DNA of 64,000 nucleotides. It comes from Malacoraja senta (lineage: Eukaryota). The notes under the pieces were generated by a model. It saw only the letters and a list, made by a program, of their open reading frames with translations. It was not told the origin of the DNA and did no database searches. The position numbers and the translations under genes were made by a program. Location: the NCBI GenBank assembly GCA_038087875.1, contig CM075988.1, positions 12,960,001 through 13,024,000 of the forward strand, given 5' to 3'. Positions 25,936 through 40,041 of the stretch are shown here, piece by piece (positions within the stretch are counted from its first letter, which is position 1; each line of letters opens with the position of its first letter).

Positions 25936-27551
25936 ACTAAGTCTTAATTTCTTATATTACTTTCTACGATATAAATTTCCAATCTGTCGCCAATATCCTG
26001 GAAGGAACATGAGAATCTTCCTGATCAAAAATCAACACTCAACGAAGCAGGTTTAGGATGGGCTGACCCACAATCTGTGCTTGTGCAGTTATCCCAAGGC
26101 TGCACTTTGTGTGGCTCTGTGGGTCCAATTGTCCTGGAGAGCTGGTTGCTGCAAGCACCCCCTGAGATGAAGCAACTGGGCCTCAGTCAGAGCCTCCAGG
26201 CTGCCCTGCCGACCTCTTGACAACCAACTGTTACCAAAGACTTTCGAACAATATCTAAATGTTTCTGAGGATCAGATCCAAAAAAGATTTAAACAGTTAA
26301 AAATAACAATTACTATGAATGCTTAATATGTTCTAACTTTATTGTAAATATTAAGATCAAGTAAATTAAAATAAATAAACCCTTTACCAACATTGCATTT
26401 ACAATGTAGCTTCCTTTCTAATAGTCATATAGCATGGAAACTGGCCCTTCAGCCCAACTTGCCCATGCTGACCAAGATGCCCCATCTAATCCCATATCCC
26501 TCTAAACATTTCCTATCTGTGTATCTGTCCAAATCTTTTTTTTAACGTTAATATAGTATCTGCTTCAACTACCTCTTCTGGCAGGTCATTCCATATTCCC
26601 ATGATCTTCTGTGTGAAAAAGTGGCCTCTCGGGTTCCTATTAAATCTGGATGATTTTGCTACCTGGTTGGCATAAAACTAAGGGGTCAAATGCATCCAGC
26701 TTCTTGGTTCAGGTCTGGATGGTTCCAATGTGCAGGCACAGAAATCAGGGACAAGCTGACCCATGTACACACTTACCAATGCGTTTCTCTAGAAATGGTG
26801 CCCCAGTGCTTTGGCAGCCTTAGTAATAACTTGAAAAACTTTGATTTTGTTTCTTATCTTTTGCACTCAAATCTTTGACATTTTCTTGTCCTTTTTGTGA
26901 ATGTATTTGTGGACATCTTGTAGGTTTAGGGAATGTTAACATTTGAACTTTTAAGGTTCATCTGTCACTTATTTGCCCATTTTATTAATTCTGTCTTTGC
27001 AAATCATTTTGCATGCACTCTTTTTGCTTTAAGAAATACTCTACTTGGGTATTATCAGTAAATTTCAAGACTAGAAAATGCCCAATTTCATAGTATCATA
27101 TTCCAGGAACTAAAATGCTCTTTGCACTGACCCTTGGGGAATATTCCATCCAAATTGTCTCTTGTGTGAGAGGAACAGATATTTACCCCGAATGTGCTGT
27201 TTCCTGTTCTTAAATAAAATATCTCCTCGCAAGGTTATGTTGCCTTTTCTATCACCCACCTATTTTTTTTCCTGACGAGTGCTTTGCCCTAGAAATCTGT
27301 GTTCATCCAACATATGGGAAAGCATTATGGCAACCAAAGTTTGCTGCAGCAATCCTGGAGACCTAGAGAACCAAGCAAGGTTCGCCATTTTGTGCCACTG
27401 GGGTTCCAACTGCATATTGGATGTTCATCTCTGGTAAAGGACTCATTGCCGAGAAACCTGAAAAACTGCATCAGACGGATAATTTATCCATATATAGTCG
27501 ACTCGCCTTTCACCGAAACATGAACTAATTGGACCTCTTTTAATTGTACAG

Positions 27552-27695
27552 ATCTTGGACTCAGTGAAAATTGATTCTGTTCTGGAATCACTTCCCGAAT
27601 CACTGGTGCCACAGATTCCAACATACGATTTGAAACAGGCTGGCATCATCAGTCTAGAATTCTTGAGCAAAGACAAGCCTTGGAACCTGGGTCAG
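27552..27695 (+). CDS. otoancorin-like exon ILDSVKIDSVLESLPESLVPQIPTYDLKQAGIISLEFLSKDKPWNLGQ
   Basis: Acceptor TTGTACAG, donor CAG|GTAAGA, phase 0 to 0. Confidence 0.9.
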
Positions 27696-28134
27696 GTAAG
27701 ACAATGCATCGGATGGGAAATTGCAGCAAGGGGAAAGGGATATCAGGTTGAACACAGATACAATGTTTTGGAACACACTTCCTCATTCACAAGGGAAACT
27801 TGAAGTGGTAGTGTAGTCAATTGGGAAAGCTGTCCATCTTTTGAACGTATGACATTTAAATTGTATATTTTAAAATGCTGCTAGGTATTGACACCATTTT
27901 TCCAACCCCTATCAATTATAGGTTTCCTTCCCTTTACTATATTGAGAAAATATGTAAGTGTTCCATTAGAAATTGTTACACATTCACGGTGTTATTCTGG
28001 ATGATGCCCAGAGGTATCCTGCCTCTGAATTATTTTACAATGAAGGATTGCAGTGATGTGTTTTCATTTCTGAATGGAAATTGTATCTCTCTGATTCTCC
28101 TGAAGCTAACTTGCCTTCTTTCTTTTTCCCCTAG

Positions 28135-28190
28135 TCTGTTGCTCTAATTAATCGTGTTAAAAACCAACTCAACAAAGCCCAAGATATCAG
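28135..28190 (+). CDS. otoancorin-like exon SVALINRVKNQLNKAQDI(S)
   Basis: Long pyrimidine tract plus CTAG, donor AG|GTAAAC, phase 0 to 2. Confidence 0.85.
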
Positions 28191-28652
28191 GTAAACCAAA
28201 CAAAACTCTTCTCGCTTGACATTGAGATTTATCATTTCAACAGATGGGCTTCAAGAAATTACTAGTTTTTAGAACTTTTGCCGCTTGGTAAATTATTTTT
28301 ATTTCACAGTTGATTGATAATATTTGCTTTAAGAACACAACATTCAGAGAAGTAAGACTGAGCAATATATTTGCATTTTAATTGAAGCATTTAAAAAAAG
28401 GGTAAATTACCATACAGTTTATTGACTTCTACTCTATGTGCATGGCAAGGTCTCAAGAATAATAACATAATGAATGATCAGGGCGTGTCAGAGCTGAAGG
28501 AGATATCGTTCACGCTAATTATTCCAGGGAAGTTTCGAATGCCCTTTGCAACCACAGGAGCAGGGAAACAAGGCAATAGCCCAGAACAGAAGCTGAGGTC
28601 TAACAGCTCACCCAGCACAGCATTCCCTCAATCTGACATCAGTTTATCAAGC

Positions 28653-28745
28653 TAGACACAAAAATCTGGAGTAACTCAACGGGGCAAGCAGCATCTCTGG
28701 GGAGAAGGAATGGGTGATGTTTCGGGTCGAGACCCTTCTTCAGAT
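28653..28745 (-). mobile_element. Penelope-type terminus with hammerhead-like core
   Basis: Minus strand reads CTGAAGAAGGGTCTCGACCCGAAACATCACCC. Confidence 0.65.
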
Positions 28746-29239
28746 CTGTCTGTCTTTGAATGTGGCCCAGGGATGGTAAGAGTCAAACGTGTTGTGATAA
28801 TAATTAAAGAAGTGTTATTCCATATGGGTTTTGCCAAGCTACTCTGGTTTTCACACATCCAAACGATGGTAGGTCAATTGGCCTCTGTAAATTGTCGCTG
28901 GTGTGTGGGTGAGTGGTAGAATTTGGGGACAATTGACTGGAATGTGGGGAGAATTTAAAAAAAGGGAATAATGTGGTCTTTGGTGTTTAATGGTCGGTGT
29001 GGACTCAGCGGGGTGAAGGCCCTATGTCAATGTCGTATCAGACTGACTCTGATGTCTCCAGGGTCCTGTGTGCATTGATGCATCTGCAGGAAATTTGCAC
29101 CAGATTTCAATTCTGCTTTGATTTTCCTTGAAATGGGATCACGTCAAAACATGGCACAGTGCGATCCAATTTCTCGGTATTGTGCTTCCAGTGTCCTTTA
29201 TTGTTCTGCCTAAAAGTATTTTTATCTTTCATGTAAAAG

Positions 29240-29345
29240 TAAACTGAAGACTGCTGCCAAAGGTATTTCGTGTGCTCTCATTCACTCACTGAAACCTGAT
29301 GTGGTGAACGCCCTAGCAAATAACCCACATGTTTCCATTGATCAG
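29240..29345 (+). CDS. otoancorin-like exon KLKTAAKGISCALIHSLKPDVVNALANNPHVSIDQ
   Basis: Acceptor AAAAG, donor CAG|GTAATT, phase 2 to 0. KGISC resembles otoancorin KGVTC. Confidence 0.85.
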
Positions 29346-29760
29346 GTAATTTTATGTGTCTAATTTGGAATTAAGTTGCTGTTTTCATATTCAGTTGTAT
29401 AACAGCGTGGAAGCAGGCTACTCATACTGGCGTATGCTAACTTTTTCATTCCGGCATGTTTCGGTATGACACGGAACAAGGCCATTTTAACCATCTAGTC
29501 TGTTAGGGAGGGATGAAGCATACACCGTGGCCTGAAATTGGCATGTAATAGCGGAAAAGATTGCTTTTATGTAACATTGCTGGTGCTGCCCTTTTAAACA
29601 AAGAAAAATCCTTAGCTTGAGATTGCAAAGTTTAATATTTGAATAGGTTACAATATTTTTAATCAAGTTGCGTTGGCAAAGTTTCACATTTTGCAATGTT
29701 ACAGATCATTGTTTGCAACACCTCTAATGCATATTGTGACACTCTGTATGTAATTTACAG

Positions 29761-29879
29761 ATTCGCTGTGCTGCTAGTAGGTTCTTTACCGACAAGAAGC
29801 TCAGTCAAGGAAATTACTTCAGAACCCTCACGAAGGCAGGCATTAATGAGATCCTGGCCTCATACTTGATTTTTGAGCC
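29761..29879 (+). CDS. otoancorin-like exon IRCAASRFFTDKKLSQGNYFRTLTKAGINEILASYLIFEP
   Basis: Acceptor TTTACAG, donor CC|GTAAGT, phase 0 to 2. Confidence 0.87.
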
Positions 29880-30797
29880 GTAAGTAATCCGTACATTCTT
29901 TCCTCAAACTCACCCTTCTTGTCAAATAAATAGAAAAGCAATCAGACACTTGGCATCCCTTTTTTGTGGCTAGGCCAACCTGATTTAAGATTTACACTTC
30001 ATTCTTGGAAACCATAATTTCTTGTACCTTAACTTTCATTTGAAGGTCCAAAGTACATAAACGCTTTCAAAACTGATATGATCACGTTTCCCCATTCTTT
30101 CCCTTTCTATAGTTCCATCAAATTGGTGACCTGCTGTTTTGGCTTCTCTCCCATTTCATGATCCAGCAGTAGAGCCTCTCAATAAACCCAGAGAAGATTC
30201 ATTAGATTGATTCCTGAATTGAAGGGAAGACAAATGAGAAGTTTTATCAGGCTGGGTCTAAGCTCAATGGATTTTAGATGAAGGAGGAGTGATCTTACTG
30301 AGACACGTAGGATTCTGAGAGAGATTGACAGATTGGATGGTGCATGAGAAATATGAACAGAAAATGCTGGGGAACACTCAGCGGGTCAGGCAACATAGGT
30401 GAAAAGAGTTACAGAGTTTACAATTCAGGTACAATACACCTAGTCAAAATTGGGGAGACGAGAAAACAAATTAGTTGTATGTGCATACGATGAACTGGAC
30501 TAAAAGAATATCTCTCATCGAGTTGCTTGGGGATAAGTTTCAAGGTTGTCTGCTCAATGGGCAATTAGAAAAATAAAATTATCAAAATCTATGAAATAAT
30601 GGTAGTTGGTGGTGAGAATGCAAGTGCAGTAATGTAGTTGTTTCTGTACTGTACACTGCACAATGACAATAAAGTTGAATCTGAAATATTGTAAAATGCA
30701 GAGCATGCCCATTGGGTCAGGTTATGCCAACTGGGAGACAAAAAAAACCATGGGAATGCCATGTTGTGGTTAAGATTGAATGAGGCACGATCTAGTT

Positions 30798-31220
30798 CAG
30801 GGGTGGGGAACCTGCGGCCTTCGAGCCCATTAAGTGCGGCCTTTTGAATGAATCCAAATTTTGTAGAACAAATCGTTTTATTTTTATTAATATGTTTTTA
30901 TTCGTCTTTTATTATTTTAATTTTAATCTTAAAATGAACGTATTTAAAATACCAAAGAGTAAAAGAAGATTCAACGAAATAATCCTCCCCGACTGACGGC
31001 CACAATTAAAACATTAGTAAGTCATGAGGGCTATTTTATTGCCACGAAGAGTTACTCGCTTCGGGCACTCTTGCGGGTAGAACACGAGGAATAGATTTCT
31101 TCAACAACCTTCAAGATAAATGTCGTGAAGTATATCTAATTGAAGTTTCTTGGATGCAGCCTTAATAGATTACAGCTAACTTAATGCGGCATTCCAACAT
31201 GAAAAGGTTCCCCACCCCTG
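30798..31220. mobile_element. hAT (Charlie-like) non-autonomous DNA transposon
   Basis: Perfect 16-bp TIRs CAGGGGTGGGGAACCT and AGGTTCCCCACCCCTG. The 8-bp flanks ATCTAGTT and ATTGAGTT match 6/8. Confidence 0.85.
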
Positions 31221-33765
31221 ATTGAGTTCAAAGGCCAAGCAAACCTGACCTTTTCAAAGCCAAACAGCCTATTCCTCCTGCTCCTCCATATTGATTAATT
31301 CTTTCATGTCTCCAATTGTTGCAAGCATGGCATCACCTTCTATTCCCAAACTGCTTGGGACTCATGTTTAAATGAGTCTGAAATGTATAAATTGGTACCA
31401 ATCATCTCTATTTGCAAAGAGCTATGTGTCATGGAATTTCACAAACTGGTTAGTTTAGGTTTAATTCATTGAATTTGCTTCAATCGCCTGGACACTCGCT
31501 TTGTCTTAAATGGTAATGTCAAGATTTGGTTGCATTATAGCTTTGGTACACGAGTCGAAGTGTGACAAGCAACTCACAGCAAGTGCCCCCTTGGCTCGAA
31601 GGGCCGAATGGCCTACTCCTGCACCTATTGTCTATTGTCTATTGTGATTAGGAGAGAGCCAAGAATGCAAAAAAAAGGGCATAGATGCCAGAGAATGGTG
31701 GCTATATTCAAAGCCAAATTCAATGGCATCAATGGAATCAAGGGATATGGGGAAATAGCAGGAATGGGGTACTGATTTAGGATGATCAACCATGATCATG
31801 TTGAATGGCCGTGCTGGCTCAAAAGGCTAAATGGCCTACTCCTGCGCCCATTTTCTATGTTTCTATGCAATGCACGAATCAAGGGATATGGGGCAGAGCA
31901 GGAAAATGTGTTTGCAGTAAAAAACAACCATGTTTATGCTGAATGGTGGAACAAGCTTGCTTGGAAAAATGGCCTTTGTCTGCACATTTATCTTATGTTT
32001 AATCACAAAGATTAAAACATTTGCAAACTTAATTTACCAACAGCAAGCACATGGAATTAATTGCCAGTTTTACAAGAATTAAACTGTGGCGTTAGCAGAA
32101 AAAAAAATCAGCACAATGATTCATGCAAATTGGTAGCATCCACTTCCAAAAATAAAGATCTTTATTTATCCTGAAACTTAAAGTATAAATTATTGGCTGT
32201 GTAATGATCTTGTTGAAGATCATCAGGTTAAAAGGCTGTTTTAGATCCAAAAGGATGTTGCCTATAAAGTCATTAGTGGGAGGTTGGGGACCATGGGTGA
32301 CTGGCACGGCTCACAGGCCAACTGTAATGAATTGTAACAGGTCCAAAGTGGCAGCATGTTTCTAAATGCTTCATCTGCTGCTCCATTGCGAGAAGGAGAG
32401 GGGGGGATGCAAGTGAAGCTACCTATGTAGTGCTCTCTGCGCTGGCCTGACAACTATTTGGGGAGCAGTGCTGTTAAAGCAAAGCTGTTTTTCATGGGAA
32501 GACCACCTCAGTCTGCAGTCCCTTTTAGGACATGCAGTTCAGTGAATTACATCATTCCACCCAGAACCGAGGCAGATATGCCATTATCAATGGAGATGCA
32601 GAAATCATTGGTGCAAGATAAATGACAGCCAGAATCATGGTCAAATTTCCAGTCATGTAATTTGATTTGGAAATATGCCCCATTACATAAGGGAACCAAA
32701 ACAGTACAGAAAGCATGCTGATCAAAAAGCATCGTCTTATGTGGAAATTCACGTTGATGTAGTTATTGGAGCTCCCAAATTTAATTGATTATATTTGGAT
32801 TTGTTGCATTAATACTTTGGAAGGATATGCATAAACATTTATAAACCCTGTAAACAGGGTTCAGGAGACACCCACCCAGCAAAAGGTACAACGTTAAAGG
32901 GGAAGTTTCAATAACACAAAGAAGCAATGATAGTAGACTTCTTAACATTCTTTAAATCATTTTGGGTGCAGAACGAGATAATTGACAAAGACTAGGATGC
33001 AGTCGCTGTAAATGTCAGCAGAGGAAACCAATCTAAATTGTGTCATCCATCAGTTTCAGTGCCTGATGAAAATGTACAAGGAATTCTGCCTCTGGTAAAT
33101 ATGATTATTATGAACTTGTAGCGCAGTAGTTAGAAAACAACCTGAATATGCAGTGAGCCAGATCATGTAGATAATATTCCAGAGGTGGGCGGGAGGTGGG
33201 CGAGGGAGGGGATGGAATAATTGTAGCTCCAGGGCATTAACGACGCAACAGTCAAATCAGGAGGGAGGAGAGTTTAATGCAAGACCAGATTTTAACACTC
33301 CTTTAACTGGACTGCTTTTCCAGATCCAGTCTGGAATAATGCTAATTCCATAAGCACAAATCAATTTTGCAATGGGATCTTCAAATAGGGCACAGTTTAT
33401 TTGCAAATGATGAGTGACTATCTGTTGCTTTAGGCATGCAATACTTTGTGTACCATATTGAGGATTTAGAAGACTGTGCAGCATCTTGAATGCTGGTGCT
33501 AAAATCCCATTTTGTTGGTCAATTTATTTATTCTGTCAATTATATTCTTGTTCTTGTTGTCATATCTATGCATATGCACAGTGAAAGCCCATCTGTTTTC
33601 CTGGCTCTCTTGGCTTTATTCTGGTTCCAAAATAACCAGCTAACTAAGTGTAGAATTAATTTACAGCAACTGAAACTTAAAATAAGTTTCTCTCTTCCTG
33701 GTGTTAAATACCAATCAGCACATCTCCATGCAACCGGACACCAAGACCAGCTTTCTTTGGCTAGT

Positions 33766-34064
33766 TTTGTTTAGTTTAGAAATATGGAGCGGAATTGGGC
33801 CCTTCGGCTCACCGAGTCCGCGCCGAACAGCAATCCCCGTAGACTAACACTATCCAACGGACACTGGGGACAATTTACAATTTTACCAAGCCAATTAACC
33901 TACAAATCTACGTCTTTGGAAGGAAACTGGAGCACCCGGGGGAAACCCATGTAGGTCACAGGGAGAAGGTACAAACTCTGTACAGATAAGTACCCGTAGT
34001 CAGGATCGAACCTGAGTCTCTGGTGCTGTAAGGCAGCAACTCTGCAGCTGCGCCACCGTGTGGT
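33766..34064 (-). mobile_element. V-SINE (HE1-like)
   Basis: (TTTAG)n tail at the left and CTGCGCCACCGTG head at the right. Confidence 0.82.
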
Positions 34065-35363
34065 CCTAGAATGCAAACCAATGCACTTCACACTACTCAT
34101 CAATCGTACTGTTCAAAATCAGATACCATCATTATAAGAACAATACTTATTTTCATTCTGTGAAAAAAAATCAGAGATTTATTGATAGTAATGCACAATA
34201 ATAATTGACTATTTTCTAATGTGATAAACAGATAGCACCACTTAAATACCTGAAAATTCTCCTGCTAAAATATGTGAAACGTCCTATCCATGAAGCATTT
34301 CCGCATCATAGTGGTGTAGTTTATGATAGATTTGTTTGGTTTTGATTCATGCCACAAAATAAATTTGCCTTAGGACCTCCAAATGAATCAGTGGTTTGTT
34401 TTGAGAATTAGGATACACCAGCCTAATGTAGCATTGCTGAAGTATGATAGGGTGCATTGTTCAATTAATGTTGAACTGCATCATCTCCATCAATTTTATT
34501 TTGCCCCCAATGGCATTAAAGGTGAATCAATTTAAACCTTGAATTTACATCGGTACTAAGATGCACAGCGTATCACTAAAAATGTTTCCATAGTAACTAA
34601 GAATAAAAACAATGTGGAGTTAGTTGATAAAATGATGGAATAACATACCATTCTATTGTGCCCACTCAACACCTAATGGAGGCAGAAAGCACCATAGAAT
34701 TCCAGTGATTTAGGTGCAGGAGACCAGTGAGCAAGCTGGTGGTTGATAACATCCAGCAGGCAGACTTTATGTGTGTTATTTCCAATTTATTTTTGGAACT
34801 AACAGTAGATTCCAATTTTAAAATATGTCAATTACACTGACGCCTTGAAATTAGGTCACCGTAAAGGTTATCATTTCCACGTTTGTGAGAATAGCCAAGT
34901 TTTTAAAATGACAAAAAGAGGTAAAACATCTTAACATTCCACGGTTATGAGTTAAATTGAACTCTTCATTATTCTTAAGAGTTGTCAGGATATTAAAAGC
35001 TGATTGATCCCTCCCTAGTATTCTCACAGGGGATCAAAATATGCAGAAGACCTTTGTAAATGTGAACTCAGATGATGTAGAGGTGAAATTGTTCTAGGAC
35101 AATGATACAGAGCAAGCAACACTAAATCTACAGTCACAATAAAAGTCACAACTAGATTAATGACTTGGCTGAAATAGCAGGAAGAAATTCCAGGAAAGTG
35201 TATGTCATACATCTTCAGTATTATTCCTCAATAATAATTTCAAGGCTAAAGAATATGTACGAGGGAGACCCGTAGGTTTAAGATGAAGGCTGGAAATTCT
35301 TTTGACAAAAAACATGGTGATGCAGTTGAAAATTATATTAATCCAGAACAGATTGCTAGTTAA

Positions 35364-35584
35364 GTGTAGGAAGGAACTGCAGATGCTGGTTTAAATCAAA
35401 GATAGACACAAAAATCTGGAGCAACTCAGCGGGTCAGACAGCATCTCCGGAGAAAAGGAATAGGTGACGTTTCGGGTCGAGACCCTTCTCCAGTCTGAAG
35501 AAGGGTCTTGACTCCAAACGTCACTTAATCCTTTTCTCCGGAGATGCTGCCTGACCTGTTGAGTTGCTCCAGATTTTTTGTGTT
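35364..35584. mobile_element. Penelope-type fold-back palindrome with two opposed hammerhead-like cores
   Basis: Centre CCCTTCTCCAGTCTGAAGAAGGG with inverted arms of about 90 bp. Confidence 0.75.
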
Positions 35585-35995
35585 ATCTGCAGAATGTTAT
35601 TTAGCACATTTCTAGCCACCTTACCACCTATCAAGAAATTATATATGATATTTCAGATTTTTCTATTTGTCCCTGCAACTCTTTTCAGGCATGAAACTTC
35701 TCAAATAATTGTAATGCTAGCATAGTTTGCAAATGTAATTTCCAATGAGATTTTTAACCTTGTTGGTCTCAAAGACGAACAGATTTCATTGGCTCCATTT
35801 CTTGTGGAGGTGTGCTATTTGAAGGGCCAGTGCTTAAATTGCTCTCCCCATTCCCATTGGCATCCGAGACTTCATATTCAGTCTAACCTAGGCAAGTACA
35901 TTGATAAATGTACCTGGGGAGGTCAGGGTCAGTAACTTGAACAGAATACCTGATCTTCGTCCCTATTCTATATCTACTACACTTTGGCTTGTCTT

Positions 35996-36310
35996 CTAGA
36001 GGCAGGAAACATGTTCCCGATGTTGGGGGAGTCCAGAACCAGGGGCCACAGTTTAAGAATAAGGAGCAAGCCATTTAGAACGGAGACAAGGAAACACTTT
36101 TTCTCACAGAGAGTGGTGAGTCTGTGGAATTCTCTGCCTCAGAGGGCGGTGGAGGCAGGCTCTCTGGATGCTTTCAAGAGAGAGCTAGATAGGGCTCTTA
36201 AAAATAGTGGAGTCAGGGGATACGGGGAGAAGGCAGGAATGGGGTACTGATTGGGGATGATCAGCCATGATCACATTGAATGGCGGTGCTGCACCTATTG
36301 TCTATTGTCT
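35996..36310 (+). mobile_element. CR1 3' fragment (same family as 3209-3710)
   Basis: Encodes RTRGHSLRIRSKPFRTETRKHFFSQRVVSLWNSLP and ends (CTATTGT)n. Confidence 0.87.
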
Positions 36311-37429
36311 AAAAAACATTGTTACTCTTCTATTTTAATCTGTTTTCACATACAGTTGTTGTTTAGTTTAATAATAAATGCTTGAGGTGGCTGTCAATGT
36401 GGAAATAAACTAACTTCTTCTCCTGGCTCAAATGTTCTCAAGAGACTACAATATTTAATTAAAGAAACATGAAAGGATGTTATGAAATCAGATACTATTA
36501 CACAAACTTTCTTTTATTATATTTTATGCATTTATTTCAACCATATATTTTCCTTTTAGATACTTCTACAACTTACAAGGAGACACACATTGTAGCATAA
36601 AATGATGCTTAAACTGTGATAGTTAAAATGAAGCAATGCAATGGGAAACATGGTTTGTTTTCTAAAGTTTGTTGCAAAATAATATTTCTGGGACTTCAAC
36701 AAAACATTTAAATGTTTCTTTGAACCATTTATAATATGCATACAGTGTTGAAGTAACTCAGCGGGTCAGGCAGCATCTGTGGAGGGAATGGATAGGTCAC
36801 ATTTCATGTTGGACGGACCTGAAACATTAACGATGCTGCCTGACCCGCTGAGTTACTCCAGCACTTTGTGTTTTACGCAATGTTCCAGCATCCGTATTTC
36901 CTTGTAACTCCAACATATTAGCCAATTCACATGTTCTGATACTGTCTTGGTGAATACATATCCTTTTTTTGAGAACTTTTCTAGCCTTTCAGAAAGAGCC
37001 ATGATGTGCTAATTCACACAGGTCCATTAAAACCCAAACCTCTTGTACTCCTCCTTAACTTTGAAACCCACACAGCTCTGTTTGTACTTAGGCAGTTTGT
37101 ACTTGTGCTCAGTCCTTAGCCCTTTCAGCTATTTGCTTCTTCTCACAACTTTCACAGTCACCTCTTAGATTCTCAGCCTTCTTCTCCTTTTAGGGCAGTC
37201 CTTTTGATTGAGGATGAGTTGATTTAACTTCAGTTCTGTAGGTTATGAGGTGGGGAATTAGGCCAATGTTAACAATAGTAGATCTTTCTACAAATTGGAT
37301 GCTTTATAGTCATCTAACCCAATACTTCCTTCCTATTGTCTGATATTTCCTAATGCAACTTTCCCCAACTGTAAAAGTGTAATATAAATACTGCCCACAA
37401 TTGTGACATCCATAAATTATTTGTTTCAG

Positions 37430-37568
37430 GACTATTCCGGAACTGAGGGATATTCCAATGTCTCTGTGCTCCAATATCGTTGACCTGATAAGCCAGGCCA
37501 ATATATCAGTGTTGCCCCTAAAGTCAGACAGACGTAGAGATCTTTTCAAATATGCTATGGAATGTCTG
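37430..37568 (+). CDS. otoancorin-like exon TIPELRDIPMSLCSNIVDLISQANISVLPLKSDRRRDLFKYAMECL
   Basis: Acceptor TTGTTTCAG, donor CTG|GTAAGT, phase 2 to 0. The C..ANISVLP..R..A..CL motif is typical of the mesothelin/otoancorin family. Confidence 0.92.
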
Positions 37569-40041
37569 GTAAGTGTGAGCAATTATGAGATATAAACAAA
37601 ACCATGCTGCAAATATGTTGTGGTAAAAATATAACAATAATTGGAAATTGTATGGTGTTCATCCAAACAATAATCTTGTGATTTGTAAATTGCACTGTGT
37701 AGGATGTGTAACTGGAATATCATAGAACTAGTGTACGGGCGATCGTTGGTTGGTAAACCCAGTGGGGCAAATGGCTTATTTCCATGCTTTATCTCTAAAC
37801 TAAAAAAAGTATCTATAGGTTTATGGAAGAGATTCTGGCTAAACATTTGAAATTAACAGAATGGTGCTGGAGCTAATGAAAAGTAGATAAAAACAGTGTC
37901 ATTTACTTATGTCTAATAAAATGGAAAATGTTAATGTGAAACACAGAACAAGCCATATCAAAATCTGTGGATAAGTCTGTTTCGGGTATTCCCTCTGGTT
38001 TGAGAACAGATTCATTAAATACATCCTTGCCCTGTTTAACTGTAAATATATCATCCCATTCTAATCTATACTTGTGAATGGACCATAAAATTTCACTACT
38101 TTTAAATAGAGAAGCAAGATCGAATGCAAAAGACTGAATCATGCTATGGAGATATTCTTTAGCCTATTGTTAAACCTGAAAGGGTAGCTCTTGCCTGAGA
38201 AGTAACCATGGATTTGAAGAAGCGGTACTTTGGGAATTAGTTAAGGCAAGAACTGGATTAACATAGTGGACCACAAATTATCCATTGACTTTGCATATAA
38301 AAACATTGCTACACGGAATAAAATAAGCATTGAGTATTGATATTTGAAAAGTCAACATGTGCCACTTTAGTCAGAACTATTTTTTTAGATATAATCACAG
38401 TTGAATTCTGGTTCCTTCCAGGACGATTGTTAAGATGTGAAATAGTTACCAGGTGGTAACCAGACACGCTACTTCTGTTCACAAATCAGAAACCATTTAA
38501 AAAGATGAATTTGCAGATTTATTTTAATGTTGTTGCTAGTTTTGATTCTGTAATGTCACTGCATATCAGAACCATAATGTAGTGCAATGTTTGAGGTATA
38601 ACATAAAGCATTAATTCTGAAATGCTAAAGACAGATGGATCATTTGGGACAAGAGCATGTGCCAACTAAACAAGTAGATGTTTCAGTTTCCAGTATTGGA
38701 TTTGATGGATTTTAGACTGTACCTATTGCAGTAAATATTCTGTAAAAAGACCATCAGTTTATGTATTTCATTATCATCAAATTTGGCATCACCTGATTTG
38801 GAACTATAACAGGGTGGTCAAACAATGTTCAATAAGGTAAGATCATTGGAGCGAAAAGCCGAGAATGGGTTGGATCACCCAGATGGGTTCATTCAATTCT
38901 AGATAGACAAGAATGAGGAAATCCAGGAGATGAGAAATGTATTCCCGTTTCTGAAACTCTTATTTTATTTTCATTATCTGGGATAAAACAAATATTGAAC
39001 AGCTATTTTTAATGATCTGTGAATCTTCCCTCTTCGTTTTTGCTGCTTTGCACATACAAGCAATGCTGGTCATTGCTCAATTAATAAGGGTGTCAGGGGT
39101 TATGGGGAGTTGGCAGAATTGGGGTTGAGAGGGAAAGATAGATCAGCCATGGTTGATGGGCCAAATGGCCTAATTCTGCTCCTATAACTTATGAGCTTAT
39201 CATAAAGGACACAAATGGGACTCTTATGAGGTTACATGTGGTCACTTAAATGTTTCTCCTTTTTATGGTTCTGTGTAGATTTTGAGCAACACCTTGGTAT
39301 ATTTTTGTCATTCTTTGGCATGAAGGAATGTGGGTTGATGACAATCTGCTCCTACCTCTTGGCCATATTTGATTTTACTCAGGGCAACATGTTTGAGTAC
39401 TTTGATTCTAATTGGCTAAAATGCAACTAGAAAAAGAAAGTGATAATCAAAGAAAACAGAATTCACCAAATAATCTCATGGTGTATTTTTATTTGTATTT
39501 TTAATGTGATTTAAATGGTTTTTTTTTTTAAACTTAAAGACATTAACGAAGAACAAATTCAGGGAGAGAAAATTAATCTCAGCTAATTAATAGTTCACTA
39601 TTGGCATCTGAAGACAATGAAAGCGAGTGAGAATCTGTGGTCCTGAAAAAATACCTTAATTAGTGTCCTCTTACTGAATCACTAATTAAAGCACTAATTA
39701 CAAGACTGGCACTTACTGGGTTTAGTTCTGTATTGTAAACTCGAAATTTAGCAGGTTTGCTGATGAGAGGACATCTAGACTGTAAAATATGTTTAGTTGT
39801 GTGATAACTCCTTGCACCGTTAATGTTTTTTCTTGTTTTATTTTAACATGTTAACAGTTAGTTCTACCTGGTGACTAAGGTACCATTATGATGCCTAATG
39901 CTGGAATGATAGAGGCCTGTGAACAGAAAATCAGTGCATATTTAATGCCAGGGATATCCAAGAGATTTAAATTCAGGGTTATGGTTCCTTGATGTTCTGC
40001 ATAACAGAGTACTGATTTAGCCAATGTTCTGAAAAATAGGG

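Noticed and set aside
32250..32460. Coding-looking stretch in the 29880-37429 intron
   Set aside because: The phase 2 frame hits a stop before any good donor, and exon 37430 already supplies the expected sequence in phase.
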